Positions 1-10,058 of a DNA stretch of 46,788 nt are shown in pieces. The notes under the pieces were generated by a model, which was not told the origin of the DNA, made no database searches, and saw only the letters and a list, made by a program, of their open reading frames with translations. Position numbers and translations under genes: made by a program. Numbering within the stretch: the stretch's first letter is position 1; the number at the start of each line of letters is the position of its first letter. The stretch covers positions 1 to 46,788 of the forward strand of contig JBIPSI010000038.1 in NCBI GenBank assembly GCA_044070495.1. The letters run 5' to 3'. The stretch comes from Spirulina sp. (GTDB lineage Bacteria; Cyanobacteriota; Cyanobacteriia; Phormidesmidales; Phormidesmidaceae).

Positions 1-56
1 GTCGCCTCGTCGGTCAACGCTGGCGTAGGAGATACTGAAGAAGGGCAGGTTGTCAT
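1..56 (-). CDS. Possible 5' end of a gene running off the left edge (MTTCPSSVSPTPALTDEAT...)
   Basis: ATG at 56 on the minus strand, frame open to the edge, same orientation as the adjacent gene; too short to assign. Confidence 0.25.
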   Translation of the reverse strand, partial: MTTCPSSVSPTPALTDEA

Positions 57-124
57 GGCTTTTCATCCAATTCGTCTAGCCTGACCCTACCCCTTTTCTA
101 CGGATTCAGCCCCTGTCTCGATGC

Positions 125-138
125 TTTGTGATCTACTG
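125..138. mobile_element. Orphan ISH3-like terminal inverted repeat (TTTGTGATCTACTG)
   Basis: Identical to 40837-40850 and reverse complement of CAGTAGATCACAAA at 32905 and 46655. Confidence 0.7.
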
Positions 139-185
139 AGGCTGGGTATGGAACTCAAGACACGGATTACCCATCAGGTTATCAA

Positions 186-977
186 TCAGGAATTAGGCAC
201 CCCCGCTACGGCAATCACTTGATCCTGGTTGGCGGCGGCGTAGCTGTTGGGGGGGTAGCGATCCATGTGGCGAAATAGGGCGATGGGCTTCTGCACCCGG
301 CAGGTATAAAATTCTACAATTACCTCAGCATCGGGCCGCAGCACCACCTTTGGGGAAAAGTCCTCCGGCATTTTGGTGCGCCACTGCCAAGGTAGCTTAG
401 CCGGTACGGCATCCACAAAGCGATGGTGAGTCCAGCGGGCATAGCGTCCATAGCGGCCAAACTCCCGAATTTCGCGGATGAAAATTGAGGCGGATAGAAA
501 CGAGGCCAGCGATCCATCGCCCTCAATGCCCCCCATTAAACTAGACAGACAACCCATAGGAGTCGGGGCCTGTTCGGGGGTGGCGGTTTCGATGGCAGCT
601 TCTAAGCGCTCCGTCGTACTGAGGAGACCCGGCAGGGCTACGGTTGTCCCAACACCGCCCTCCTTGTCTTGGCGGAGGTAGGTCACCATCCGAATACCGG
701 GGGCCAACCACAGGCCAGGCAACTTACTCAGCACCTCCGAAGGGTCGAGGGTGCTGACAAACCAACGCCCTTCGGCATTGGGGGCAGGTAGGTTATCCTC
801 TAAGTCATCCCCCACCCGAAACAAGTCGCCCAGGGCATCCAGGGATCCAGGAATACTGGCGTCGTCCTCCGATACAGCCTCCTTGGCCTGGGCTTCTACC
901 ATAGGCAATACCAGCGTCTCGCGAATCAATTGACTCACTTTTTGGACGGTTGGAAGAGGGTATCGTTGAAACGCCAT
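186..977 (-). CDS. Hypothetical protein, 263 aa
   Basis: Long ORF with ATG start and normal composition; no motif recognised. Confidence 0.8.
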   Translation of the reverse strand: MAFQRYPLPTVQKVSQLIRETLVLPMVEAQAKEAVSEDDASIPGSLDALGDLFRVGDDLEDNLPAPNAEGRWFVSTLDPSEVLSKLPGLWLAPGIRMVTYLRQDKEGGVGTTVALPGLLSTTERLEAAIETATPEQAPTPMGCLSSLMGGIEGDGSLASFLSASIFIREIREFGRYGRYARWTHHRFVDAVPAKLPWQWRTKMPEDFSPKVVLRPDAEVIVEFYTCRVQKPIALFRHMDRYPPNSYAAANQDQVIAVAGVPNS

Positions 978-1515
978 GAACTCCGTATCCGGCGGCTAGT
1001 AGCGAGAGTAAGATGGTCTGATCATCCGAGCAATCTGAGGCCAGGGAGTGCCAACGCCCAGGCTGGAAAACAGCGCATCAGATCCTAGGGGAGATGACAC
1101 TGAGAATACCCCTAGCCTAAGGCCGAGTTTGGCCCACGCCCCAAATAACAATATTTCTACATTAATCCCGCATCGGTTCAGGACAGTAACGCCCCTGGGG
1201 GCAAAAGCTGGTCAAGCCCTGAGGGCTATTTTTGCGAACCGATTCGCTGTCCTTAGATTACAAGCACGAGATTACAATCACGCCATGACGACCCGGTGGT
1301 TCTGCGCCCGAATGATCGGTCACCCTGAACCTCCCCTTGCCTTGAGATCGGGGAGGATATCAAAACGATACGGTTGTGGCCTACCTGGCCAGCCATCGAA
1401 GGCTGCTATGCCTGGGGTCTAATGGCCTGATCCATCTCAGATTTCCGTAGCGCACTACCCACTATCCACAGCCCCCAACCGGGAACCCCAAAACCGTGCC
1501 TTGCTATCTATACCC

Positions 1516-1578
1516 ATGCCCGACTATCGCCGTGCCTACACCCCTGGCAGTGCTGTCTTTTTCACGCTAGTAACGTTT
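1516..1578 (+). pseudogene. N-terminal remnant of a REP-associated tyrosine transposase (RAYT/TnpA-REP, Y1 HUH family)
   Basis: MPDYRRAYTPGSAVFFTLVTF matches the typical RAYT N-terminus MxxYRRxxxPGxxxFFTxVT; similarity ends after about 21 codons, followed by a GTAG REP. Confidence 0.75.
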
Positions 1579-1593
1579 TTAACCGCAGTAAAA

Positions 1594-1614
1594 GTAGGGT
1601 GGGCAGTGCCCGCC
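1594..1614 (+). repeat. GTAG-class REP (GTAG-GGTGGGCA-G-TGCCCGCC)
   Basis: GTAG tetranucleotide abutting an imperfect palindrome, directly after the RAYT remnant. Confidence 0.7.
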
Positions 1615-1936
1615 ACTCCGTCAAGGCTTTTCAAGTATTACTCCCCGACCGTCAACGCTTACCTGAAGCCAACAGACTCCACCAATCTGCCTTCCATCAC
1701 TCAACGCGAATTGCCTCCAAACATAGCCAGTACATCTGCATGGCAAACCTAGTGTCGGTAAACGCAGACGACCCATCCGGTCTGAGAAAGCCCAACGCCA
1801 GCACCGGAAACCGATGGGCCTGAGTATCGCCTCTTGTAGCCAACCCATAGCAAAGACTACCAGGATGATGGCGGCAAACTGATGGATGCTCAGGTAAAGC
1901 CCGATGAATGCCGCAAAGATATCCTGCCAGCGAGTT

Positions 1937-2209
1937 TTATTCGCCTATGCCCAATAGCCTGCTCACCACGGTTTCAATGGTCGGGGCCAGGGCCTGGAGC
2001 ACTGGAGACAAAATCACCACCGTTCCCGCCGTGATGATGATGGTTCGAGCGATGGTCAGGTTGTCTCTCGAAAGCTGAAAGAATTGCTCATCCCAGCGGC
2101 TTACATCTGCCGTCAACTTTTCAATGGCTTCGCTATTTCTCTCCACCTTCTCAGAAATGCGCTCTAGGTTGGCCTCAATCCGATCTAGACGGTCGTTGCT
2201 GGTAGTCAT
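1937..2209 (-). CDS. Small coiled-coil protein with C-terminal hydrophobic segment, 90 aa
   Basis: Heptad-like N-terminus (DRLDRIEANLERISEKVE) then hydrophobic IIITAGTVVILSPVL. Confidence 0.75.
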   Translation of the reverse strand: MTTSNDRLDRIEANLERISEKVERNSEAIEKLTADVSRWDEQFFQLSRDNLTIARTIIITAGTVVILSPVLQALAPTIETVVSRLLGIGE

Positions 2210-2407
2210 GGCAATGGGGACGGTTATTCCCCCATTATCGACGGTCGCGCACTAGATCGCTAATGGTCTTTTCAACACACCACAACAGCGGCTTATCCCG
2301 GTTTTCCCTCGGTTACGATCCATGGCTACGGGGGCATGGCATAAGGGTTGCTTTCGCCGGAGCGCAAGCCAAACTGACCTAGATGCCAAGTCGGGCTAAA
2401 CCGATGA

Positions 2408-2863
2408 TTACTCAATTCGGTTGCTATGGCGTACAATCCAATAGCTAATAGCTAGGGAAAAAATTGCAATGGCTAGGCCAATCAGCGTCGTTCCTGAGAT
2501 TTGATTGAGGTCGAGGATAATAATTTTTCGACCAACGGCGGTTAGGGCTGTCGCAATCACTAATTCAACCTGCACCACATGGCTGCGAATATAGCCTGTG
2601 ATGTTTTCTAGAATTTCTAGGGCAATTAAAATACTGAGAAAGAATCCGAAAATATCAATAACTGGCTGCCCCAGGAAGGTTCCAGGGCCAGTGGTCAGAA
2701 TGGAACGACCAATGACAATCCCCAAGTCAATCACCATGGCAATGATCACGACGATCATGCCAAAGGACAGCACCTTGGAAATAGTGCCCTCAAATTGATG
2801 CAAACGCTTGAGAAAGATATCGTTTTTCAACTGCGTGAGAATCTGTCTAGCCGAACGAGCCAT
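2408..2863 (-). CDS. Phosphate-starvation-inducible PsiE-family membrane protein
   Basis: Four hydrophobic segments with ILIALEILENI and ATALTAVGRKIIILD motifs; commonly follows cyanobacterial narB. Confidence 0.85.
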   Translation of the reverse strand: MARSARQILTQLKNDIFLKRLHQFEGTISKVLSFGMIVVIIAMVIDLGIVIGRSILTTGPGTFLGQPVIDIFGFFLSILIALEILENITGYIRSHVVQVELVIATALTAVGRKIIILDLNQISGTTLIGLAIAIFSLAISYWIVRHSNRIE

Positions 2864-2889
2864 CGGTACAGGGAGATGAGGAACACAGA

Positions 2890-5220
2890 TTAGGAATGGG
2901 AAAATATCCCGGACGAATGGGCCTCAGGTTGAGATGATTTTACCGGATTGTGTGAAACCATTGCGACGGGCAGCGACGTTCTTTCCTCTACCTGTTCTAA
3001 TGATTGGGATTGATCCGAGGGCAGCAGCGGCACCACCTGCACCGCACAGGCTTTTAGCTCTGGCTGAAGGGAAATGGGGCAGGCGTCGGGGTGGGTGAGG
3101 GCGTTGCATTCGGCGGCTTCGGCCCAGAGTGCGCCCCAGTGCATGGGCACAAACAGAGTGCCAGGGCGGATGTTTTTCGTCACCAAAACGGGTAATCGGG
3201 TGAATCCACGGGCGGAACGCACCTCCACCCAGTCTTGATCCGCAAGCTGGAGCCGTTCGGCATCGCGGGGGTGCATTTCTAAAAAGGGCTGGGGGTGCAT
3301 TTTTTGAATTTTGGCGATCCGTCCGGTGCGGGTTTGGGTGTGCCAGTGGCCATAGAGCCGCCCGGTGGTGAGGACGAAGGGATAGCGGTCATCCACGGGT
3401 TCGGCCAGCCCTTTTTCGTGGTAAGGCACAAAGCGGGCGCGGCTATCGGGGTAGTGGAAGCGGTGATCGGTGTAAAGGCGTTTGTTGTGGTTATCAGGGG
3501 ACTTGTCGGCGGTGGGATCAGGAGTTTCTAGAGAATCTAAGGGTTCTGGATGATCTGAGGTTTCCTGATGTGCTGAGATTTTCTGGCTTGGACAGGGCCA
3601 TTGGATGGGGCGAGTGGCCAGTTTTTCGTGGCTGATGCCCGTCATCTCGCAGGGGCGACCTTGGGTGATTTGCACAAATTCCCGATGAACTTCAGCACTG
3701 GTCACGAAGTTGAACTGATCGGCAAAGCCCAGGCGACGGCCCACTTCCGCAAAAATCTCCCAGTCGGCGCGGGCCTCTCCCACCGGGAGCCGAAAGGCTT
3801 GGCACAGGGTGACGGTGCGCTCGGAATTGGTCATGGTGCCCGTTTTTTCGCCCCACTGGGCCGCAGGCAGCAGCAGGTGGGCATAGGCGGCGGTTTCCGT
3901 GGGGTAGTAGGCGTCTTGGTAGACGGTGAAGGGGGAGCGTTGCAGGGCGGCCTTGGTGCGGTTCAAGTCTGGCAGGCTGACGGCGGGATTGGTGGCGGCA
4001 ATCCACAGCAGGCCGACCTGATCTTGCTCTAGGGCGGGGATCATCTCGCCGATGGTGAGGCCACGGGTGGGGGAAATGCGACCTTCCGGCAGACCCCAGA
4101 ATTGCTCGATGTCCTGGCGATGCTGGGGATTTTTCACCAAGCGATATCCCGGCAAGATGTGGGCTAGACCACCTGCTTCCCGGCCTCCCATGGCATTCGG
4201 CTGCCCGGTGAGGGAAAATGGCCCCGCCCCTGGCTTGCCGATTTGCCCCGTCAGCAGGTGCAGGTTAATCAGCGAGCAGACCTTGGCGGTACCCTCGGAG
4301 GACTGGTTCAGCCCCATCGACCACAGGGAAAGGACGGATTGAGACTCGGCCCAGGTGCGGGCAGCGGTTTCTAGGTCGGTTTCGGTAATGCCGCAGCGCT
4401 CGGCGACGATGCTGGGTTCATAGTGGCGCAGGACTTCGGTATAGTCCGCAAATCCCTGGGTGGATTGGTCGATAAAGCTCTGATCCAACACGCCCCACGT
4501 CAGCAATAAATGGCCGATACCGTTTAGCAGGGTGATGTCGGTGCCGGGACGGATGGCGAGGTGCAGGTCGGCCACCTGAGCGGTTTCGGTGCGGCGAGGA
4601 TCGACCACAATCAGCTTGACGTGGGGGTTGCGCTTGTGGTGTTTTCGCAGGCGGTTGAAGACAATGGGGTGGCATTCAGCGGTGTTGGTGCCGATTAAAA
4701 AGGCGCAGTCGGTCAGGTCGAGATCCTCGTAGCAGCAGGGCGGGCCATCGGAACCCAAGCTTTGCCAATAGCCCGACACCGCCGAGGACATGCAAAGCCG
4801 CGAGTTGGCGTCAAAATTGTTTGTGCCCAAACAACCCTTGATCAGCTTTTGGGCGACATAGTAATCCTCGGTCTGGAATTGCCCAGAGCCGTACATACAG
4901 ACCCCATCCGGCCCCAGGGTGTCTAGCACATCACGAATGCGGTGGGTGATTGTGTCTAGGGCTATCTCCCAAGACACCCGTTCAAAGGGCGCATCCAACG
5001 ACTCCCGCAGCATTGGGTATAGCAGCCGATCCTGGTCGATGGATTCTGCTACCGTGGCCCCCTTCACACAGACCATGCCCTGGCTGGAGGGGTGGGCACG
5101 GTCGCCCCTGGTCTGCCAGCGTTGGGGAATTTTGGGATCCTCGCTGGGGCGCTGGGGTACGACCTCCAGGCCACACCCAACACCGCAATAGGGACAGAGG
5201 GTTTTGTGAGGGGCCGTCAT
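2890..5220 (-). CDS. narB: Ferredoxin-dependent assimilatory nitrate reductase (Mo-bisPGD, 4Fe-4S)
   Basis: [12 protein letters not shown]...VCVKG Fe-S motif, [55 protein letters not shown]; start placed at ATG 5220. Confidence 0.97.
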   Translation of the reverse strand: MTAPHKTLCPYCGVGCGLEVVPQRPSEDPKIPQRWQTRGDRAHPSSQGMVCVKGATVAESIDQDRLLYPMLRESLDAPFERVSWEIALDTITHRIRDVLDTLGPDGVCMYGSGQFQTEDYYVAQKLIKGCLGTNNFDANSRLCMSSAVSGYWQSLGSDGPPCCYEDLDLTDCAFLIGTNTAECHPIVFNRLRKHHKRNPHVKLIVVDPRRTETAQVADLHLAIRPGTDITLLNGIGHLLLTWGVLDQSFIDQSTQGFADYTEVLRHYEPSIVAERCGITETDLETAARTWAESQSVLSLWSMGLNQSSEGTAKVCSLINLHLLTGQIGKPGAGPFSLTGQPNAMGGREAGGLAHILPGYRLVKNPQHRQDIEQFWGLPEGRISPTRGLTIGEMIPALEQDQVGLLWIAATNPAVSLPDLNRTKAALQRSPFTVYQDAYYPTETAAYAHLLLPAAQWGEKTGTMTNSERTVTLCQAFRLPVGEARADWEIFAEVGRRLGFADQFNFVTSAEVHREFVQITQGRPCEMTGISHEKLATRPIQWPCPSQKISAHQETSDHPEPLDSLETPDPTADKSPDNHNKRLYTDHRFHYPDSRARFVPYHEKGLAEPVDDRYPFVLTTGRLYGHWHTQTRTGRIAKIQKMHPQPFLEMHPRDAERLQLADQDWVEVRSARGFTRLPVLVTKNIRPGTLFVPMHWGALWAEAAECNALTHPDACPISLQPELKACAVQVVPLLPSDQSQSLEQVEERTSLPVAMVSHNPVKSSQPEAHSSGIFSHS

Positions 5221-5353
5221 AGTTGGAATGCTTAAAGTTGAATGGTTAAGAAACGAGGAAAGGGAAAAATCTTGTGCTAATCTGCGATTACTAATGCAAA
5301 CTGTGTGTCCCTGGCGCGAACGATAGCGGCAGGGCATTTTTTTAGTAAGGTGG

Positions 5354-5520
5354 GCAAGTCCCTGGAGATCCCCCTAAATCCCCCTTAGGAAGGGGGACTT
5401 TGACTCTAGTTCCCCCCTTCTTAAGGGGGACGTTGCTTCCGATTCCCCCCTTCCTAAGGGGGGCTAGGGGGGATCAGTCCCAGGCATCAAGCAACACAAA
5501 AACTTATGTATAAGCAGTAG
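5354..5520 (+). mobile_element. Partial MITE family A (three-hairpin variant) with one IS50/Tn5-like end
   Basis: CCCCCTAAATCCCCCTT..AAGGGGGACTTTGA core as at 45290-45454; end 5502-5520 reads CTACTGCTTATACATAAGT on the minus strand; other end missing. Confidence 0.8.
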
Positions 5521-5550
5521 CCTCGTGGGAGAAGGTCTGAGGGTGAGGGC
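5521..5550. repeat. Half copy of hairpin cassette B abutting the nirA stop codon
   Basis: GGGAGAAGG...GGGTGAGGGC arm, related to 45257-45289 and 45485-45520. Confidence 0.65.
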
Positions 5551-7151
5551 TACTCCATCGTTACCGAGATCTGGCTACCGGAAGCCTCCCCACTGGAGCG
5601 GAGTTGGGCCTGGAAATGTTCCATCAGCAGGGTTTTGAGGACATCGGGCAGATCGTCGCAGGGGATGCCCTGCATGACTTTTTCGCCGAGGTGCGCGTCT
5701 TTGCCAACCTTGCCGCCCATGAAGATGTCTACGCCTTCCGTCATCTTGCCGTCCTTGCGGACTTTGGTGCCCATCAGGCCGATATCCGCCACCTGGGGCT
5801 GGCCGCAGGAGTTGGGGCAGCCCGTCCAGTGGATGCGGACGGGGTTGGACAGAACTAACTCGGCATCCAGGGCTTTGGCGAGCACCTGGGCGCGTTGCTT
5901 GGTTTCCACCAGGGCAAAGTTGCAGAACTGCGCCCCGGTGCAGGACACCAGCGACCGCATCAGGGGCGATGGATCGACGGAGAACTTTTGGAGTAGGGGT
6001 TCCTCTAGCAGCACGGGCAGGCGGTCATCGGGCACGTTGGGGATGATCACGTTTTGCTCCACCGTCAGCCGCAATTCACCATTGCCGTAGACCTCAGAGA
6101 GCCGCGCCAGTTCGTAGAAATCCTCGGCCCACAGGCGACCCACGGGCACATGCAGCCCCACATAGTTCAGCCCCGCCTGCTTTTGGGCATAGACACCGAT
6201 GTGATCGCGCTTGTCCCAGTCCATTTCGTCCTTGGCGGCGGCGGACAAGAGGGGCTGTCCATAGGCCGCTTCTACCTCGGTGCGGAAACGATCTAGGCCC
6301 CATTCATCGATTAGCCACATCAGGCGGGCCTTTTGGCGGTTTGCCCGTGGGCCGTTGTCGCGGTAGACCTCTAGGATGGCGCGGCTGAGGGCAACCACGC
6401 TGACATCGGCGGGCACCCAGGCGTTGAGGGGAATGGCGGGTTCGCAGCGACGGGCGGAAAAGAAGCCCCCCACCAGCACGTTGAAGCCCAGCACTCCCTC
6501 TCGAAAAGCGGGGACAAAGGCAATATCGTTAATTTCGGCGTGGATGGAGTTGTCTCGCCCGCCTTCGATGGCGATGTTGAATTTGCGGGGCAAATTGCTG
6601 AACTCAGGATTACCCTGGCCATGGCCCGTGATCATATCCTGAACCTTTTGCACTAGTTCCCGTGTGTCGATCAGTTCATCGGCATCCAGCCCAGACACTG
6701 GGGAACCCGTAATGTTTCGTACGTTGTCCATGCCGGACTGCACCGAGGTTAGCCCCGCCGCCTCTAGTTGACTAAAAATATTGGGAATATCCTCTAGCAA
6801 AATGCCGCGCAGTTGAATATTTTGCCGGGTGGTAATGTCGGCGCTGCCGTCTTCACCGTAGCGCTGAATAATGTCTGCCAGGGTGCGCGATTGAAGGCTA
6901 GTCATGACCCCATGGGGTAACCGCAGCCGCAGCATAAACTTGCCGGGAGTAACGGGACGAAAGAAAATCCCCAGCCACTTAAGGCGATGGGTCAAATCGG
7001 TTTCGTCCACGGCTTCCCAGCCAATGTTGGCAAAGTGCTCTAAATCGTTTTTGACCAGCAAGCCGTCCTTTTCCGCCTTGAGCTTCTCAAACTTGTTCAG
7101 CTTTGCGCTAGGGGCTTCGCTAGTCCTATCCATAGAAATGGTCACAGGCAC
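5550..7151 (-). CDS. nirA: Ferredoxin-nitrite reductase
   Basis: LNKFEKLKAEKDGL, TTRQNIQLRG, NLPRKFNIAI, CTGAQFCN and HWTGCPNSCGQ siroheme/4Fe-4S ligands; start could be GTG 7151, GTG 7145 or ATG 7133. Confidence 0.97.
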   Translation of the reverse strand: MPVTISMDRTSEAPSAKLNKFEKLKAEKDGLLVKNDLEHFANIGWEAVDETDLTHRLKWLGIFFRPVTPGKFMLRLRLPHGVMTSLQSRTLADIIQRYGEDGSADITTRQNIQLRGILLEDIPNIFSQLEAAGLTSVQSGMDNVRNITGSPVSGLDADELIDTRELVQKVQDMITGHGQGNPEFSNLPRKFNIAIEGGRDNSIHAEINDIAFVPAFREGVLGFNVLVGGFFSARRCEPAIPLNAWVPADVSVVALSRAILEVYRDNGPRANRQKARLMWLIDEWGLDRFRTEVEAAYGQPLLSAAAKDEMDWDKRDHIGVYAQKQAGLNYVGLHVPVGRLWAEDFYELARLSEVYGNGELRLTVEQNVIIPNVPDDRLPVLLEEPLLQKFSVDPSPLMRSLVSCTGAQFCNFALVETKQRAQVLAKALDAELVLSNPVRIHWTGCPNSCGQPQVADIGLMGTKVRKDGKMTEGVDIFMGGKVGKDAHLGEKVMQGIPCDDLPDVLKTLLMEHFQAQLRSSGEASGSQISVTME

Positions 7152-7446
7152 ACCGCCTTAAAAAACAATCAACGACACAACAAAAATCCGTCAGCACAAG
7201 ATCTGAAAACCTAGACTTTTATAGCGATTTCTAGTGAGATTAAGTCGAGGGAATGATGAAACACCTGGTTTATGGAGATAACCTTAACGAGATGAGATTT
7301 ACTACTTGGAGAATTGCCACATCGATCCATCAAGGGTTGCACACAATTTCAGTTGAACTTAGGCAAATCACAAAGATGTCAGTTCAATACGAGAATTTTG
7401 CATCCTTAGAGAACGACTTAAACCCATTGTTTGAGCCAGCGTAATT

Positions 7447-7489
7447 ACCATAAACGGCGTATTTCCAAAGGTTTTGTATCTCTTAATAC
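7447..7489 (-). promoter_or_regulatory. Class II NtcA-activated promoter for nirA-narB
   Basis: Perfect GTA-N8-TAC at 7476-7489; 23 nt downstream on the minus strand is TATGGT (TAN3T -10 box, 7447-7452). Confidence 0.88.
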
Positions 7490-7505
7490 GCTTTTAAGCA
7501 ATCCA

Positions 7506-7518
7506 TGCAGGTCATGCA
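7506..7518. promoter_or_regulatory. NtcB (LysR-type, nitrite-responsive) binding site
   Basis: TGCA-N5-TGCA centred about 29.5 bp upstream of the NtcA box centre, the known arrangement at nirA promoters. Confidence 0.8.
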
Positions 7519-7651
7519 AGACCCAATTGCGCGACTTGCATAGCGGGGTTCCATTATCGGTTATCAATATAAACAAGCGTACTTCGGGCCTTGCCCCGGT
7601 TTTCCTCGCCTAGGGTTCTCCGCCTGATGGGTATCCCGATCAGAACTTTGA

Positions 7652-8827
7652 ATGACGACGTATCCCATGCCGATAGGGAGAAAGGCTTTGCTAGATTTCG
7701 TTGACCCCTCGGCTTCGTCCCAGGTAGATTTTCCAGCCAGGACTGACCTCGAACCTCCATCCACCACCGCTCGCCGTTTCCAGGACGGGATGGATTTGCG
7801 GCAGGGCAGTTTTGCGGATCGGTGGGAGGTGGCCAAGCGGATTCCCCAGAGAGGGGAGGCCGCCCTGGCTGACCTAATTGCGATGGTGAGGGATGAAACG
7901 CTGACCTGGGAAACGCGCTGGCTTGCGGCCCGCAGCCTTGGAAGTTTTGACCACCCAGCGGCGATTGCGGCCCTGATGACCGCCCTGGGCACTGCCGATG
8001 AGGATTTACAGGAGGCCATTCTCGACGCCCTCTGCCACATTGGCCCCAGCGCCATCCAGTCTCTCAGTGATCTGGTGGCTGAACCAACCTACCAAGCCGT
8101 CGCTATCGAGGCCCTCACCCGCATTCCCCACCCCGCCACCCAGGCCCCCCTGGTCACCGCCGTTGACCTCACGACCGGAGCGACCCAGGCCAAGGTGATC
8201 GAAGCCCTGGGCCAGTTTGCCGACCTCGCCCTGCTGCCGATTTTTACCGAGGCGGTTCAGAACCGGGCTTCATCGGTGCGGCTGGCGGCGCTGCAAGGGT
8301 TAATTCGCCTCAGAACCCAGGTGGATGAGTCGCACTGGACGGCCTGGATTCAGCCGTTGACGGAGGATGTGAATCCGGCGGTGGCCCAGCGGGCGATCCA
8401 TGCCCTCGGACGCACCACCAACCTCGCCGCCACCCAGACCCTCCAAGGGTTACTAGCAGCGACTCATACCCCAGAAAGCCTCAAAATCGCCGCCGCCCAA
8501 GCCCTGGCTTGGCAGGGCACCGTCGCCGCCCTGGCGGTATTGATTGATGCCTGGGACACCTTGGGCCAAAACGTGCGGATCGCTTTAGTACAAGGGCTTT
8601 CCCAGATCAGCCACCCCAATCTAAAAGCGGAGATGATCGCCCCCGTGCAGCGATGGCTGAACGGTCTTCCGGCGACGACGGAATACAGTCTGCTGCGCCG
8701 CAATTTAGTCATGCTGCTGGGACAGGTGGGCGGCGATTCTGTGATTCCGCTTCTGCAAACCCTCCGCCAGGATGCCGATACAGGGATTCGCTTCCATGCC
8801 GAAGCCGCCCTGCGATCCGTGTCCTAG
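7652..8827 (+). CDS. nirB: HEAT/PBS-lyase repeat protein, NirB-like nitrite reductase accessory factor
   Basis: Repeated HEAT units (RWLAARSLG, VRLAALQGL, IRFHAEAAL), FADRWEVAKRIP motif, divergent from nirA as is typical of nirB. Confidence 0.72.
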   Translation: MTTYPMPIGRKALLDFVDPSASSQVDFPARTDLEPPSTTARRFQDGMDLRQGSFADRWEVAKRIPQRGEAALADLIAMVRDETLTWETRWLAARSLGSFDHPAAIAALMTALGTADEDLQEAILDALCHIGPSAIQSLSDLVAEPTYQAVAIEALTRIPHPATQAPLVTAVDLTTGATQAKVIEALGQFADLALLPIFTEAVQNRASSVRLAALQGLIRLRTQVDESHWTAWIQPLTEDVNPAVAQRAIHALGRTTNLAATQTLQGLLAATHTPESLKIAAAQALAWQGTVAALAVLIDAWDTLGQNVRIALVQGLSQISHPNLKAEMIAPVQRWLNGLPATTEYSLLRRNLVMLLGQVGGDSVIPLLQTLRQDADTGIRFHAEAALRSVS

Positions 8828-8853
8828 ATATCTGTGTCCTAGGCATCTGTCTC

Positions 8854-9495
8854 CTAGACAACGGGGACGCTGCGATTTTCTGGGAGGTTTTCGGTCAGGC
8901 CCGCATGGTGAAGCACGAAGTCCACCACGGTATCCAGACCTTCACGGGTTTTGAGGTTGGTAAAGCCAAAGGGACGGCTACCGCGCATGGTGCGGGCATC
9001 GCGATCCATCACCTCCAGGCTGGCCCCTACCATGGGGGCAAGGTCAATTTTGTTGATCACCAAAAAGTCTGACTTGGTGATGCCGGGGCCACCCTTGCGG
9101 GGAATTTTGTCGCCAGCGGCCACGTCGATGACGTAGAGGGTGAGATCCACCAGTTCGGGGCTGAAGGTGCTGGCCAGGTTGTCGCCGCCGCTTTCCACAA
9201 ACACCAGGTCTAGGGGGTCGAAGCGGGCCTCTAGATCCTCAATGGCCACCAGGTTCATGGAGGCGTCTTCGCGGATGGCGGTGTGGGGACAGCCCCCCGT
9301 TTCCACGCCCACAATGCGATCTGGGGCCAGGGCTTGGCTGCGAACCAGGAACTGGGCATCTTCCTGGGTATAGATGTCGTTGGTGACCACCGCAATGGAG
9401 AAATCCTCCCGCAGCCGTTTGCACAGGTTATCCACTAGGGCGGTTTTCCCAGAACCCACCGGGCCAGCCACACCCACACGAAAGGGAGTTGTCAT
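8854..9495 (-). CDS. ureG: Urease accessory GTPase
   Basis: [12 protein letters not shown]-loop, [36 protein letters not shown]; start ATG 9495, alternatives up to 9540. Confidence 0.96.
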   Translation of the reverse strand: MTTPFRVGVAGPVGSGKTALVDNLCKRLREDFSIAVVTNDIYTQEDAQFLVRSQALAPDRIVGVETGGCPHTAIREDASMNLVAIEDLEARFDPLDLVFVESGGDNLASTFSPELVDLTLYVIDVAAGDKIPRKGGPGITKSDFLVINKIDLAPMVGASLEVMDRDARTMRGSRPFGFTNLKTREGLDTVVDFVLHHAGLTENLPENRSVPVV

Positions 9496-9582
9496 GGTTG
9501 CATTATCCAGGGTTGCGTTGCTTGCCATCATACCGCGCACTCCAAGGGTCGGGACGAGGCCCTAAAGGATGCCCTGAAACGC

Positions 9583-9966
9583 CTAGGGACGGCTGAGGTT
9601 GCAGGAAAAGACCTCGGCGCTGGGTTGAGCCTGGAGGGTCTGCTCCATTTGGGCGGCGCTAAAACGGCCAAAAGTACTCAGGGCGCTGACCTCCTCCGGG
9701 GTGGGGATGGTGTCGGCCACCACGGGGCCAAGGTCGCTGACGTAGATGACTTGGTCAATGCGCAGGCGACCCTGGCGGTGCTGTTCGTAGAGGGCGGCAT
9801 AGTCGGCGGCGATGGGTTGCCACTGGTCGGGGGCGCAGTAGCTGCGGTCGATGATCACCGTTACGGTGGAGCGGGCGAACCCCTGCCGCAGGCCCAAGCC
9901 TAGGCCCAAAAAGGCCAACCAGCCTAGGCCGAGGGTGATCAGGAGGCGGAGGTTGGGGTTACGCAT
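9583..9966 (-). CDS. Small membrane-anchored protein with degenerate VWA-like start (VTVIIDRSYC), 127 aa
   Basis: ATG 9966, N-terminal TM segment; the longer ORF-track start runs through a tandem repeat. Confidence 0.75.
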   Translation of the reverse strand: MRNPNLRLLITLGLGWLAFLGLGLGLRQGFARSTVTVIIDRSYCAPDQWQPIAADYAALYEQHRQGRLRIDQVIYVSDLGPVVADTIPTPEEVSALSTFGRFSAAQMEQTLQAQPSAEVFSCNLSRP

Positions 9967-9968
9967 GG

Positions 9969-10000
9969 GGTGGGGAGGTGGGGAGGTGGGGAGGTGGGGA
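9969..10000. repeat. Short tandem repeat (GGTGGGGA)x4
   Basis: Four exact octamers directly upstream of the ATG at 9966. Confidence 0.9.
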
Positions 10001-10006
10001 GGTGAG

Positions 10007-10030
10007 GTAGGGGCGATGTGCCCTCGCCCT
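10007..10030 (+). repeat. GTAG-class REP (GTAG-GGGCGA-N7-TCGCCC)
   Basis: GTAG plus hairpin, related to the REP at 18974. Confidence 0.65.
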
Positions 10031-10058
10031 AAGGTGTCGGAAGTCGGAACGTCCAAGG

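Noticed and set aside
978..1445. 124-aa ORF or ncRNA in the long intergenic region
   Set aside because: No coding signature or RNA family recognisable by eye
1621..1936. 75-aa ORF or degraded membrane-protein fragment
   Set aside because: No recognisable motif, and the Cys/Arg/Trp-rich composition suggests a spurious or decayed frame
3490..3600. Mobile insertion in narB ([28 protein letters not shown])
   Set aside because: In-frame low-complexity loop with only a 7-bp inverted repeat and no match to the repeat families here
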